Assembly (NCBI GenBank): GCA_964592785.1
Contig: CAZQHU010000004.1
Location: 72-64,071, forward strand
Direction of reading: 5' to 3'
Source of the DNA: an uncultured Gammaproteobacteria bacterium
GTDB taxonomy: Bacteria; Patescibacteriota; Patescibacteriia; Magasanikbacterales; UBA922
DNA: 64,000 bases
Shown: in pieces, positions 16,913-25,547 of the stretch
Layout: each line of letters starts with the position of its first letter
How positions within the stretch are numbered: the first letter of the stretch is position 1
Translations under genes and position numbers: made by a program
Notes under the pieces: generated by a model
The model's input: only the letters and a program-made list of their open reading frames with translations
What the model was told of the DNA's origin: nothing
The model's database searches: none

Positions 16913-17617
16913 TCAAAATTTTTCCACTTTTATATCTGTAAAAACTTTACTCTGTTTCAAAATTATTTCCCGATTCTTGACCAATTCCAGTAAAGCCAAA
17001 AAAGTAATAATCACTTCTGTACGGTTAGCTGTATTATTTAAAATTTCTGAAAAACTAAAGCTCTTGGTTTTTTTTAATAAACTGGAAATATTTTTTATTT
17101 TCTCTTCCAAAAGCACGGTTTTGTCAATACTGGTTTGAGGTAAGGGTTTGGGAGGTTGTAAACGATGCAATAATTTTCTTAAACTTTCTTCCAAAGCAGT
17201 AAAAGACAAATCTTTGGGAGGAACAAAAGTTTCTGGCCGACGCGGTGGTTCTATTCTAAAAATTGATTTTTTCTGGCTCAACCAACTATGATCCAATTTT
17301 TTGGCTGTCTCTACAAACATTTTATAAAGACGTAGCTGTTCTTCCAAACTCGGACTTTCTTCTTCCTCAGGAGCAAACTGGGGTAAAAGATTTTTTGATT
17401 TCAAAAGTAACAAACGAGCCGCTACTACCAAAAAATCTGCCAATTCCTCAGGATTTTTATTTTCAATTTTTTCCAAATAATTCAAAAACTGTTCAGTGAC
17501 AGCCGAAAGTGAAACCTCACTAATATTTAATTTCTCTTCATCAATTAGAGACAAAAGTAAATCTAGTGGTCCAGAAAATTGTTCCAGTTGAAAATCTTTC
17601 ATGTTTTTAAATGTCAT
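16913..17617 (-). CDS. scpA: Segregation and condensation protein A
   Basis: ScpA N-terminal signature FSGPLDLLLSLIDEEKLNISEVSL. Confidence 0.85.
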   Translation of the reverse strand: MTFKNMKDFQLEQFSGPLDLLLSLIDEEKLNISEVSLSAVTEQFLNYLEKIENKNPEELADFLVVAARLLLLKSKNLLPQFAPEEEESPSLEEQLRLYKMFVETAKKLDHSWLSQKKSIFRIEPPRRPETFVPPKDLSFTALEESLRKLLHRLQPPKPLPQTSIDKTVLLEEKIKNISSLLKKTKSFSFSEILNNTANRTEVIITFLALLELVKNREIILKQSKVFTDIKVEKF

Positions 17618-17700
17618 TCCTGCGAAAGCAGGAATCTAATACTACCAGCGAGACCCCTGCTTCCGCAGGGGTGACACACTACTTTAGTGGCAACTTCGCT
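17613..17700. repeat. GTCATTCC-family short palindromic element; the scpA ATG lies inside its terminal GGAATGACA
   Basis: TGTCATTCCTGCGAAAGCAGGAATC hairpin with GAAA loop, plus a second hairpin CCCCTGC-TTCC-GCAGGGG. Near-identical to the copy at 30641. Confidence 0.5.
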
Positions 17701-18026
17701 TGTCTCTCCTCAAGCAAATTTTGGCTAATCTTAGCTCCTTTTTTTGTTAAACTAATATGTGTTATGAACCATTTGTGGGGTGTTCTCTTGCCATATCCGG
17801 TAAGTAATTCTCGGTCAATCAGATGTTCCAAACTCTTGGTAATAATACTTTCCTGATATTTATCCTGAGCGACTCGCTCCGAGTCAAGCCGAGAGGAGCC
17901 GAAGGATTTATCTTTGGCTGGGTCAAAAACTTTATGATAAAAATTTCGAAATATTTTTCGATCAAGTTTGTTGCCTTTTTGCAAACACTCCAACAAGATA
18001 TACTTTTGGAGCGTGCTTAATTTCAT
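17679..18026 (-). CDS. Hypothetical protein (C-terminus runs into the repeat)
   Basis: ORF only. The true 3' end is uncertain. Confidence 0.35.
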   Translation of the reverse strand: MKLSTLQKYILLECLQKGNKLDRKIFRNFYHKVFDPAKDKSFGSSRLDSERVAQDKYQESIITKSLEHLIDRELLTGYGKRTPHKWFITHISLTKKGAKISQNLLEERQAKLPLK

Positions 18027-18032
18027 ATCAAA

Positions 18033-19463
18033 TTATTTAATATCTGTTTTAATTTTCAATTCTTTTAATTGTCCTTCACTAACTTCGGCAGGGGCTTCCA
18101 TCAGCAAATCTTTGGCATCAGCAGTAAGCGGAAAAGCAATTACTTCACGAATGGTATCTTCACTTTGCAAAATTGATAATAATCGATCAAAACCAGGCGC
18201 CATACCACCATGAGGTGGAACACCATAAGTAAAAGCCTCTAATAAATGATTGAAATCCTGTTTTTGTTTTTCATCAAAACCAATAAGATCAAAAACTTTT
18301 TCCTGAATTCCCCTATCATAAATACGTAAAGCCCCCCCACCCACTTCAATACCATTTAAAACCAAATCATGCTGATATGATTTCACTTTACCGGGATCAG
18401 AATCTAAAAAATGTAAATCCTCATCTTTTGGTCTAGTAAACATGTTGTGAGATGGCGCCCAAGCTCCTTCTGAACCGTGGAAATGGTCTTCGGAGTTTTT
18501 ATCTTTGGCTTGCTCTTGAAACAAAGGAAAATTTACCACAAAAGCAAAAGCTAATTCATCTTTGTCATCCTTATTTTTTCTCAAATCAGGTTTATCTGTA
18601 CCATATTTATCCATCACCTCTTTCCAGTCTAACCTTGGCCATTTATCAAAAGTCATTTTCTTTTCTGGCCACAATTCTCTTATCATTTTTGTAAACATTT
18701 CTTCTACTAACTGCAAAATATCCTCTTGTTCTACAAAACTCATCTCCATATCAACTTGATAAAATTCTCCTGGCGAACGATCAGCCCGGGCATCTTCATC
18801 ACGAAAACAAGGCGCAATTTGAAAATATTTTTCCATACCAGCGACCATGAGCAATTGTTTATATTGCTGTGGAGCTTGTGGTAAAGCAAAAAATTTACCC
18901 GGAAATTTACGAGAAGGTACTAAATAATCTCTAGCTCCTTCTGGTGTAGATTTGGATAGTATGGGAGTATGAATTTCCTTGAAATCCTGACTATGTAAAT
19001 AATTACGTACAAAATTCATCATCTGAGAACGCATTACCAGATTATTTTTCATTCTCTCCGAACGTAAATCCAAATAACGATATTTTAATCGTAACTCTTC
19101 ATTAATTACTTTAGTATCTTTATCAATTTCAAAGGGCGGAGTTTTACATTCATTCAAAACTTTTATTTCTTTCGCCAAAATTTCTACTTTGCCAGTTGGC
19201 ATATCTGGATTTTGTTGTTTTTCACCACGTGCTTGAACCAAACCTCGAATCTCTACCACCCACTCTGGACGAATACGAATAAGTTCGCCTTGTGATGTTT
19301 CATTGATTTCAGCTGGAACGCCCACAACCTGAACAATACCTTTCATGTCGCGTAGATCTAAAAAAGCAATCTTACCCATATTGCGCCTGGCATTCACCCA
19401 ACCCTTGAGTAAAACTTCTTGACCCACCAAATTGGCGGTTTCTATTGAATAGATTCTGTTCAT
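18033..19463 (-). CDS. aspS: Aspartyl-tRNA synthetase, short form lacking the GAD insertion domain
   Basis: N-terminal OB fold and class II motif 2 CFRDEDARADRSPGEFYQVDME (compare E. coli FRDEDLRADRQPEFTQID). 476 aa. Confidence 0.8.
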   Translation of the reverse strand: MNRIYSIETANLVGQEVLLKGWVNARRNMGKIAFLDLRDMKGIVQVVGVPAEINETSQGELIRIRPEWVVEIRGLVQARGEKQQNPDMPTGKVEILAKEIKVLNECKTPPFEIDKDTKVINEELRLKYRYLDLRSERMKNNLVMRSQMMNFVRNYLHSQDFKEIHTPILSKSTPEGARDYLVPSRKFPGKFFALPQAPQQYKQLLMVAGMEKYFQIAPCFRDEDARADRSPGEFYQVDMEMSFVEQEDILQLVEEMFTKMIRELWPEKKMTFDKWPRLDWKEVMDKYGTDKPDLRKNKDDKDELAFAFVVNFPLFQEQAKDKNSEDHFHGSEGAWAPSHNMFTRPKDEDLHFLDSDPGKVKSYQHDLVLNGIEVGGGALRIYDRGIQEKVFDLIGFDEKQKQDFNHLLEAFTYGVPPHGGMAPGFDRLLSILQSEDTIREVIAFPLTADAKDLLMEAPAEVSEGQLKELKIKTDIK

Positions 19464-19524
19464 AAATAAACCTAAAATAAGTTAGAAATATAGTAATATT
19501 TTAGCAAAAATAATTAATTTTGGC

Positions 19525-19572
19525 AATAAAAATGGAAGACCCCCGTCCTGACGTGAAGTCGGAACGAGGGTC
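19525..19572 (-). terminator. Intrinsic terminator for the GC-rich ORF
   Basis: Hairpin AGACCCCCGTCC..GGAACGAGGGTCT followed by TCCATTTTTATT when read on the minus strand. Confidence 0.45.
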
Positions 19573-19634
19573 TATTTTACACCTCCCTTTTGAAAACCAA
19601 ATGATCAGATATCGAACAAATTTTCACTTTCCTA

Positions 19635-20462
19635 TCAACCCAGGGTCACCACCCCCAGAGCCAGACAACCAAGATCGTCTTCGCTCGAGTCATCAAAACG
19701 CCAAATACAATCAAGGCCACCCTGGGCATCACGTCTCAAACTGAAATGCTGAGCATCATCAAACTTGGTACTGGTTCGCACGTACTTACCTTGGAGTGGC
19801 TGTGGTTCGCCAGTAATGAACTCATGGCTCTGGATGACGAGAGTGCCCAGAGACACGCTGCCATGGATAAGCTTGAAGTTCAAACCCAATTTCTGACCAA
19901 CAGTAGCAAGCAGATCTTTCTGCTCCTTCAAGGTTTTCCCGATACTGCCAGGCAACACGAACGGTGCACCAATGATGAGATGTCTGCCTTTTCCACGAAG
20001 CTCATTGGGGAGACTGCCGTGGGCAAACAACCTCATAAGATTCAAGTTATTGTGGCAGGGACCACAATACTTGGATGCCACCTGCACGTTGAACGGTAGA
20101 TGGAATTCCGTATCCACGAAACGTACGATGGGGGTGACCGGTTGTACACCATTGTCCGCGACAAAATCCCGCATGTGGCGCAAGTTCCCAGAAAGCCAGT
20201 TTGGCACACCTGGTAATTCCCCAATATCCAAATCTCTAAGTGGCTTGACAAACATGGACAAAGTCTCACCACGGAATCTACGCTCCACATTCATGGATGC
20301 GACTTGTAAGGCAGTGGGCGAAACGGTGACGAGATTTCTGGCTTGCAGATCACGAGCCACCCCCCAGTTACCCATCAACCAGTCGAACACTCGTTCGGCT
20401 TCCTCTGGTTTCTGCCTATCAATCCTTGCCAATTCATGGAAACTTCTTGGAAACAGTGACAT
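19635..20462 (-). CDS. Hypothetical protein encoded in a GC-rich, compositionally foreign segment
   Basis: Markedly GC-rich. Strong RBS GGAGGAAACCAAG-ATG, unlike native genes. No family recognised. Confidence 0.45.
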   Translation of the reverse strand: MSLFPRSFHELARIDRQKPEEAERVFDWLMGNWGVARDLQARNLVTVSPTALQVASMNVERRFRGETLSMFVKPLRDLDIGELPGVPNWLSGNLRHMRDFVADNGVQPVTPIVRFVDTEFHLPFNVQVASKYCGPCHNNLNLMRLFAHGSLPNELRGKGRHLIIGAPFVLPGSIGKTLKEQKDLLATVGQKLGLNFKLIHGSVSLGTLVIQSHEFITGEPQPLQGKYVRTSTKFDDAQHFSLRRDAQGGLDCIWRFDDSSEDDLGCLALGVVTLG

Positions 20463-20615
20463 CTTGGTTTCCTCCTGCCAACAAGCAATTCATCTTGGCA
20501 AAAAACGCCAGCCCGGCATTTCCCCCCAAAGATGGTAAACTTGTTAGCAAATTGCCGGAGACCTCCCCCGACTTCTTGTCTTAAAATTAACACTTTTTTG
20601 AATTTTTGTCAATAC

Positions 20616-20645
20616 AAAAAAATCGCTTAATTAAGCGATTTTTTT
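20616..20645. terminator. Perfect 30-nt palindrome; bidirectional terminator after rsmB
   Basis: AAAAAAATCGCTTAATTAAGCGATTTTTTT. A candidate promoter TTGACA-17-TAATTT on the minus strand at about 20560-20592 would drive the GC-rich ORF. Confidence 0.5.
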
Positions 20646-20668
20646 AATAATTTCCCAATTTCCTAATT

Positions 20669-21745
20669 CTATAATTTCTTCAATTTCACCACAAAAAATC
20701 CTTCAATCTCCTTTGTCGGCATTATCCGCAAAGCTTTTTTCTGTACATCTTTATTTACTTCTTTATTCTTCCAGTTTTTAACGACTGACAGACGTTTCAT
20801 TTCTCCCAAATCAATATCAAGTAAACTACAATCTGGATTGCGTTCCATAAATTTTGTTATCTGCAATTCATTTTCTTCCGGGGAAAAAGTGCAAGTAGAA
20901 TACACTAGTGTTCCGCCGGGCTTAAGCGCGCTCCAGGCGGCGAGAAGAAGCTGCCACTGTTTATATGCCATTTCTTTTATTTTTTGTTCTTTCCAATAAC
21001 CATAAGTTTTAGAATCACCCTCTATAAATCTCGCTTCGGCACTGCACGGTGCGTCAAGAAGAATTTTATCAAAATATTCTGGGTACTCACGGGTCAAAGC
21101 TGCACCGTGTTCCATGCGGAGGATAAATTGCCAGTCGTCATTCTGAGCGGATCCGCCTATTGGCGGAGGAGTCGAAGAATCCCATTCATCTTCGACGAGA
21201 TCCTTCGACTGTGTCCCTTTGGGACTTTGCTCAGGATGACGGAATACTCCCAACACTTCCATATTGTGTTTCAGTTTGAAAAAACGAATCTTATTATTGT
21301 CATTCGCCACTAATTCCCCTGTTCCGCCCATCAACGCTGCAATTTGCGAAGTTTTACTACCTGGAGCAGCTGTGAGATCCAAAACCTTCTCCCCTGGCTG
21401 AGGATCCAATATCAATGGTGGCACCATACTGGCCAAACTTTGGATATAAATTTTACCTTCTTTGTAAATTTCCAAATCTGTCAATTCACGTTTTGATTTA
21501 TTTTTTAAAATGAAAGCATCTTTGTACCAAAGTACTCGTTCAAATTTAAAACCATTTTGATTTAAAATTTCTATTATATCTTCCTTTTTTGTTTTCAAAG
21601 TATTAATTCTAAAAGTTGTCGGTCGTTCTGTAAAAGTTGATTGTATTTGAATAGATAAAGAAGAACCCACAATTTCAGTGAGTCTTTCTAAAAATCTTTT
21701 GGGAATACCAGATAGTTGTTTTCTATTTTTCTTCATATAGAACAC
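20669..21745 (-). CDS. RNA cytosine-C5 methyltransferase (RsmB/RsmF/NOP2-Sun family) carrying an in-frame element insertion
   Basis: Motif IV DAPCS, motif VI VYSTCT, and the AdoMet-binding DLTAAPGSKT. Confidence 0.8.
   Translation of the reverse strand: MFYMKKNRKQLSGIPKRFLERLTEIVGSSLSIQIQSTFTERPTTFRINTLKTKKEDIIEILNQNGFKFERVLWYKDAFILKNKSKRELTDLEIYKEGKIYIQSLASMVPPLILDPQPGEKVLDLTAAPGSKTSQIAALMGGTGELVANDNNKIRFFKLKHNMEVLGVFRHPEQSPKGTQSKDLVEDEWDSSTPPPIGGSAQNDDWQFILRMEHGAALTREYPEYFDKILLDAPCSAEARFIEGDSKTYGYWKEQKIKEMAYKQWQLLLAAWSALKPGGTLVYSTCTFSPEENELQITKFMERNPDCSLLDIDLGEMKRLSVVKNWKNKEVNKDVQKKALRIMPTKEIEGFFVVKLKKL
21137..21240. mobile_element. GTCATTC-family palindromic element inserted in-frame in the methyltransferase CDS
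   Basis: TIRs GTCATTCTGAGC and GCTCAGGATGAC (11 of 12 positions complementary). Internal CCGCCTATTGGCGG, GATCCTTCGACT and TCAGGATGACG are identical to the intergenic copies at 29233 and 47341. The segment is locally GC-rich and the ORF reads through. Confidence 0.55.
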
Positions 21746-21819
21746 AGATTTAACGAATTTAACGGATACAAACGAATCTGTTAAAATTCGTTCAATCCGT
21801 TTAATTCGTGTTCTATAAT

Positions 21820-23115
21820 TTAAGGCTTCAATCTATTAATCGTCCTAGGAAAGGTAATACACTCACGAATATGCTCCGTACCAGAAATCCAGCGTACTGC
21901 TCGCTCTACACCTATACCAAAACCAGCATGAGGGACTGAACCATATTTACGCAAATCTGTGTACCATTCATAATCTTTTTCACTAAGGCCTTCGTGACGA
22001 ATGCGCTCCATAAGTAAATCAAAATCATCTTCACGCTGACTGCCACCAATCAATTCCCCGGCTCCTTCAATACCAATCAGATCATCATTTAAAACCCGAG
22101 AATTATCCTCTGGATCAATCTTCATATAAAATGGTTTGATACTCTTAGGCCATTTTTCAATAAAAACAGGAACATCACTATCTTTGGTAAGGAGACCCTC
22201 ATCATCATTCCCCAAATCTTCACCATGTTTAATATCACTGCCAAGTTCATTTAATTTTTTAATCGCCTCATCATAAGTATAACGAACAAAAGATTTGTTC
22301 AAAAGTTTTTCCAAAGGTGCCGGATCACGTTCCAAAATCTTAAATTCTTGTTGACAATTATCTAAACACTTCTTAACTATGGCTTTGACCAAACCTTCTT
22401 GCCAACGTAAATTATCCTCATGCCCAGCAAAAGCGGCCTCGGCATCCATCATCCAAAATTCTGTTAAGTGACGTTTGGTGGCTGATTTCTCTGCCCTAAA
22501 TACTGGACCAAAGTCATAACACCGGCCAACACTGGCGATGGCAGCTTCAATATACAGTTGCCCAGACTGAGATAAATAAGCATCCCCTAAATCAAAATAT
22601 GGTACAGGAAAAAGCGTGGTAGTACCTTCACAAGCATTGGGAGTGAAAATTGGTGAGTCAGTACGAATAAAGCCTTCACTATGCAAATATTCATTGATGG
22701 CTGTTTCTACAGTATCGCGAATCCGTAAAATCGCCCACTGTCTTTTGGAACGAAGCCAGAGATGACGATTATCCATAAGAAAATCTGGTCCATGCTCCTT
22801 GTTAGCTATAGGGTAATCAACGGCTAATTGGATAAGATTATAGCTTTTAGCTTGTAGCTCATAGACTCCGTCCTGTTTTGGATGCTTTGAAACAATACCA
22901 GATATTTCAATTGATGATTCCTGAGTAATTTTTTCCACAGACGACCAAACTTCTTCGCTAACTTCTTTTTTACTTACTACACACTGGATAAATCCACTAC
23001 CATCACGAAGTTCCAAAAAAGCAATAGAACCACTGGACCGGCTATTGCTCACCCAACCACGCAAGGTGACCTCCTGATCTACAAACCCAGATAAATCTTT
23101 GATAAATGTTTGCAT
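21820..23115 (-). CDS. asnS: Asparaginyl-tRNA synthetase
   Basis: Class II motif 2 FRAEKSATKRHLTEFWMMDAE, characteristic of AsnRS, plus an N-terminal OB fold. Confidence 0.85.
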   Translation of the reverse strand: MQTFIKDLSGFVDQEVTLRGWVSNSRSSGSIAFLELRDGSGFIQCVVSKKEVSEEVWSSVEKITQESSIEISGIVSKHPKQDGVYELQAKSYNLIQLAVDYPIANKEHGPDFLMDNRHLWLRSKRQWAILRIRDTVETAINEYLHSEGFIRTDSPIFTPNACEGTTTLFPVPYFDLGDAYLSQSGQLYIEAAIASVGRCYDFGPVFRAEKSATKRHLTEFWMMDAEAAFAGHEDNLRWQEGLVKAIVKKCLDNCQQEFKILERDPAPLEKLLNKSFVRYTYDEAIKKLNELGSDIKHGEDLGNDDEGLLTKDSDVPVFIEKWPKSIKPFYMKIDPEDNSRVLNDDLIGIEGAGELIGGSQREDDFDLLMERIRHEGLSEKDYEWYTDLRKYGSVPHAGFGIGVERAVRWISGTEHIRECITFPRTINRLKP

Positions 23116-23119
23116 AAAA

Positions 23120-23215
23120 TTTTGTAATCCTCCCTCTCTTTGGGAAAGAGATTAAAGTGGGTTAATATTAACAATAAATACTAACTCTTCCACCCCTTTG
23201 ATAGACCCTCCAACA
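23120..23215. repeat. Family-C structured repeat; a second copy lies at about 46405-46520
   Basis: Shares TCCCTCC..AAAGAGA..GG hairpins and the motif CCCTTTGATA with the second copy. Confidence 0.3.
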
Positions 23216-23279
23216 AGGTGAAAATTATTTAAATTTTAACAAATTTTGCTTATTTTAGCAAGTTTATAAGAAGTTAAAA

Positions 23280-24254
23280 TTATTTAATAAAAATATTAAA
23301 TAAATAACCAATAATAATAATATTCACTGTGGTAATGGTAAAAAAATAGACCAATAACTTTATTTTCATGACTTTTTTAAGAATTAAAGCTTCTGGCAAA
23401 GATAAGCCAACCACTGCCATCATAAAAGCCAGGGCTGTACCAAGCGGTATACCTTTTTCCACAAGTGATTGCATAATTGGAATAACACCAACCGCGTTGG
23501 CATACATCGGTACCCCCAAAACTGTCGCCAAAGGTACCGCAAAAATATTTTCTGCTGTAATATAATGTTCAAAAAAACCGGCTGGCACAAAACCATGAAT
23601 AGCCGCCCCCACTGCCACACCTAAAAATACATAAAAAATAATTTTTCTAGTTAATTGCCAACCTTCCTTCCAAAATATTTTCAATAAATTTTTCCATGAA
23701 TCTTTTTTGGATTCAAGCTCTAATTTTTTACCCCTAATCTGCCAAACATAATCAGCCACATATTTTTCTAATTTTAATTTACCAATGATAAAACCACCTA
23801 CTACACCGAGAAGAATAGCGGAAATCACATATAAAATAGTTATTTTCCAACCAAATAAACTGACAAACAATACTACCGCTACCTGATTGACCAAGGGCGA
23901 AGTAATGAGAAATGACATTGTCACCCCAAGCGGTATACCAGCCTCCAAAAAACCAATAAAAAGTGGGATAGAAGAACAAGAACAAAAAGGGGTGACCGTG
24001 CCAAAAAATGAGGCAAGAAAATGGTCCATACCATACCAACGACGTGAAGCAAGAAAATCTCGTAATTTTTCCACTGGTAAATAATAACGAATAATGGCCA
24101 TTAAATAATTGACAATTACCAGTAAAATAACAATTTTAAAAAAATCGTAAATAAAATAATGTACTGAATCAGCCAGATGAGTATTTTGAGTCAATCCCAA
24201 AAGACCATAAACCAACCAATCGGAAAATAATTTAATAGGATAAAACATATACAA
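23280..24254 (-). CDS. Permease of the COG0701 (ArsP-like) family
   Basis: Polytopic protein with a TPFCSCSSIPLF motif, paired with the adjacent redox-active disulfide protein. Confidence 0.7.
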   Translation of the reverse strand: MYMFYPIKLFSDWLVYGLLGLTQNTHLADSVHYFIYDFFKIVILLVIVNYLMAIIRYYLPVEKLRDFLASRRWYGMDHFLASFFGTVTPFCSCSSIPLFIGFLEAGIPLGVTMSFLITSPLVNQVAVVLFVSLFGWKITILYVISAILLGVVGGFIIGKLKLEKYVADYVWQIRGKKLELESKKDSWKNLLKIFWKEGWQLTRKIIFYVFLGVAVGAAIHGFVPAGFFEHYITAENIFAVPLATVLGVPMYANAVGVIPIMQSLVEKGIPLGTALAFMMAVVGLSLPEALILKKVMKIKLLVYFFTITTVNIIIIGYLFNIFIK

Positions 24255-24560
24255 TTAACATTGACCTCCACAAGCGCAGCCCCCGGATTTTATCGGACCA
24301 TTTCCAATTTTCGTTTTATCTGATTTTGTTTCAGACAACATTTCTTTAATTTCTTGAACGCTTAAAATTTTTCCATAGCTCACGACTTCTTCATCCACCA
24401 CCAAAGCTGGAAAACCCATAATCCCATAATTCATAATCAAACCAATATCTGTCACTTTTTCAATAATAGCTTGAAATTCAAGCTCTTCCACAGCTTTTTG
24501 GACATTATTTTCCAATCTCTGACAATTGGAACAACCTGAACCCAAAATTTTAATTATCAT
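24255..24560 (-). CDS. Thioredoxin-like redox-active disulfide protein 2 family
   Basis: MIIKILGSGCSNCQRL..., a C-terminal Cys-rich tail, and the conserved pairing with the COG0701 permease. Confidence 0.7.
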   Translation of the reverse strand: MIIKILGSGCSNCQRLENNVQKAVEELEFQAIIEKVTDIGLIMNYGIMGFPALVVDEEVVSYGKILSVQEIKEMLSETKSDKTKIGNGPIKSGGCACGGQC

Positions 24561-24644
24561 AGCATTTAAGGTTTAAAAAAAGCAATTATTATTGAATCTA
24601 ATATATAACAAAGGTCAACTTAAAACAAATGTGGATAATTGGAT

Positions 24645-24826
24645 TGGCTGCCAGGGCAGGATTTGAACCTGCGATATCCTCGTTAACCCGCCTACCAATC
24701 GCCTTGCTCTCCCGGTAGGATTTGAACCTACAACATCTGCATTAACAGTGCAGTGTTCTACCAATTGAACTACAGGAGAGCATGGCGGGCAGGCAGCGAG
24801 GCGTTGTACCACTCAACTACCCGGCA
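24645..24826 (-). tRNA. Outer tRNA-Asn-like gene (anticodon GTT after joining) interrupted in its anticodon loop by about 107 nt that contain a whole tRNA-Asn
   Basis: 5' half 24826-24794: TGCCGGG-TA-GTTG-AGTGGTA-CAAC-G-CCTCG-CTG. 3' half 24685-24645: TTAA-CGAGG-ATATC-GCAGG-TTCAAAT-CCTGC-CCTGGCA-G-CCA. All four stems pair perfectly once the intervening sequence is removed. CCA is encoded. Confidence 0.5.
24707..24779 (-). tRNA. tRNA-Asn (anticodon GTT), nested inside the interrupted tRNA
   Basis: TCTCCTG-TA-GTTC-AATTGGTA-GAAC-A-CTGCA-CTGTTAA-TGCAG-ATGTT-GTAGG-TTCAAAT-CCTAC-CGGGAGA-G. Closely resembles E. coli tRNA-Asn. No CCA encoded. Confidence 0.8.
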
Positions 24827-24989
24827 ATTAAAAAACCCGCTTCTACGGCGGGGTAATTATCTATTATATGAAAAACTACACCTCACCGTTTGAGAGTCAA
24901 CAAATTATTATTGTTATTTAAATGCAGTTTCATACAAAATCATTATAACACATTTAATAAACTATGTCAATATTGGTGTTAATTAGTGT

Positions 24990-25547
24990 TTAAATTAGTG
25001 TTCCCCAATCCCCCACTTTCCTGTCAGTATGATGAATTAAAAATTTATAAATAAAATTATGATCAGGATTTTTATTTATTTCCAAAATATCGTACCCCAA
25101 ACAATGCAGCAATTTGACAACATAATTATCTACTAGCTCAGAGCTAACAGCTGTTAGCTTGTAGCTTTCTAAAATTTTTAGCCATTCCAACGTCAAATCA
25201 AATATACTCTCATCTTTCTCACCTTCATGCAAAACTTTATCAAGTAAACTCATCACATAACCAGCAACTAAACTTTTTTGTAAATCTTGCCTAATGTTTA
25301 CAAAATAATTTATTGACTGGACAGTGCCCAAATGTGATAGTTCTTTGCCAGAAATTATTTCTGCCTCCACTAAAGAAAACGGCTCAAGATGAGCCGAATT
25401 TTTACTAGTTATTTTTTTTACTCCTCGTACCAAAACTTCCAATTTCCCTTTTTCTAGAGTGTACAAAGAAATAATCTGATCATTTTCCCGAAAATCACGA
25501 CGAGAGAGGATAAAAGATTTCATACAATAATTTACATCAAAAACCAA
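24990..25547 (-). CDS. recO: DNA repair protein RecO (short form)
   Basis: N-terminal OB-fold signature (ILSRRDFRENDQIISLYTLEKGKLEVLVRG). 185 aa. Confidence 0.5.
   Translation of the reverse strand: MVFDVNYCMKSFILSRRDFRENDQIISLYTLEKGKLEVLVRGVKKITSKNSAHLEPFSLVEAEIISGKELSHLGTVQSINYFVNIRQDLQKSLVAGYVMSLLDKVLHEGEKDESIFDLTLEWLKILESYKLTAVSSELVDNYVVKLLHCLGYDILEINKNPDHNFIYKFLIHHTDRKVGDWGTLI

Noticed and set aside
19746-20538. Plus-strand ORFs 19746..20099 and 19972..20538 antisense to the GC-rich gene
   Set aside because: Their composition is not protein-like (rich in Ser, Thr, Arg, Cys and Trp). They lack an RBS. The minus-strand ORF has an RBS, a promoter and a terminator.
24686-24793. Group I intron as an explanation for the interrupted tRNA
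   Set aside because: The intervening sequence is only about 107 nt and is almost entirely accounted for by a complete tRNA-Asn. No P-Q-R-S group I core elements are present.
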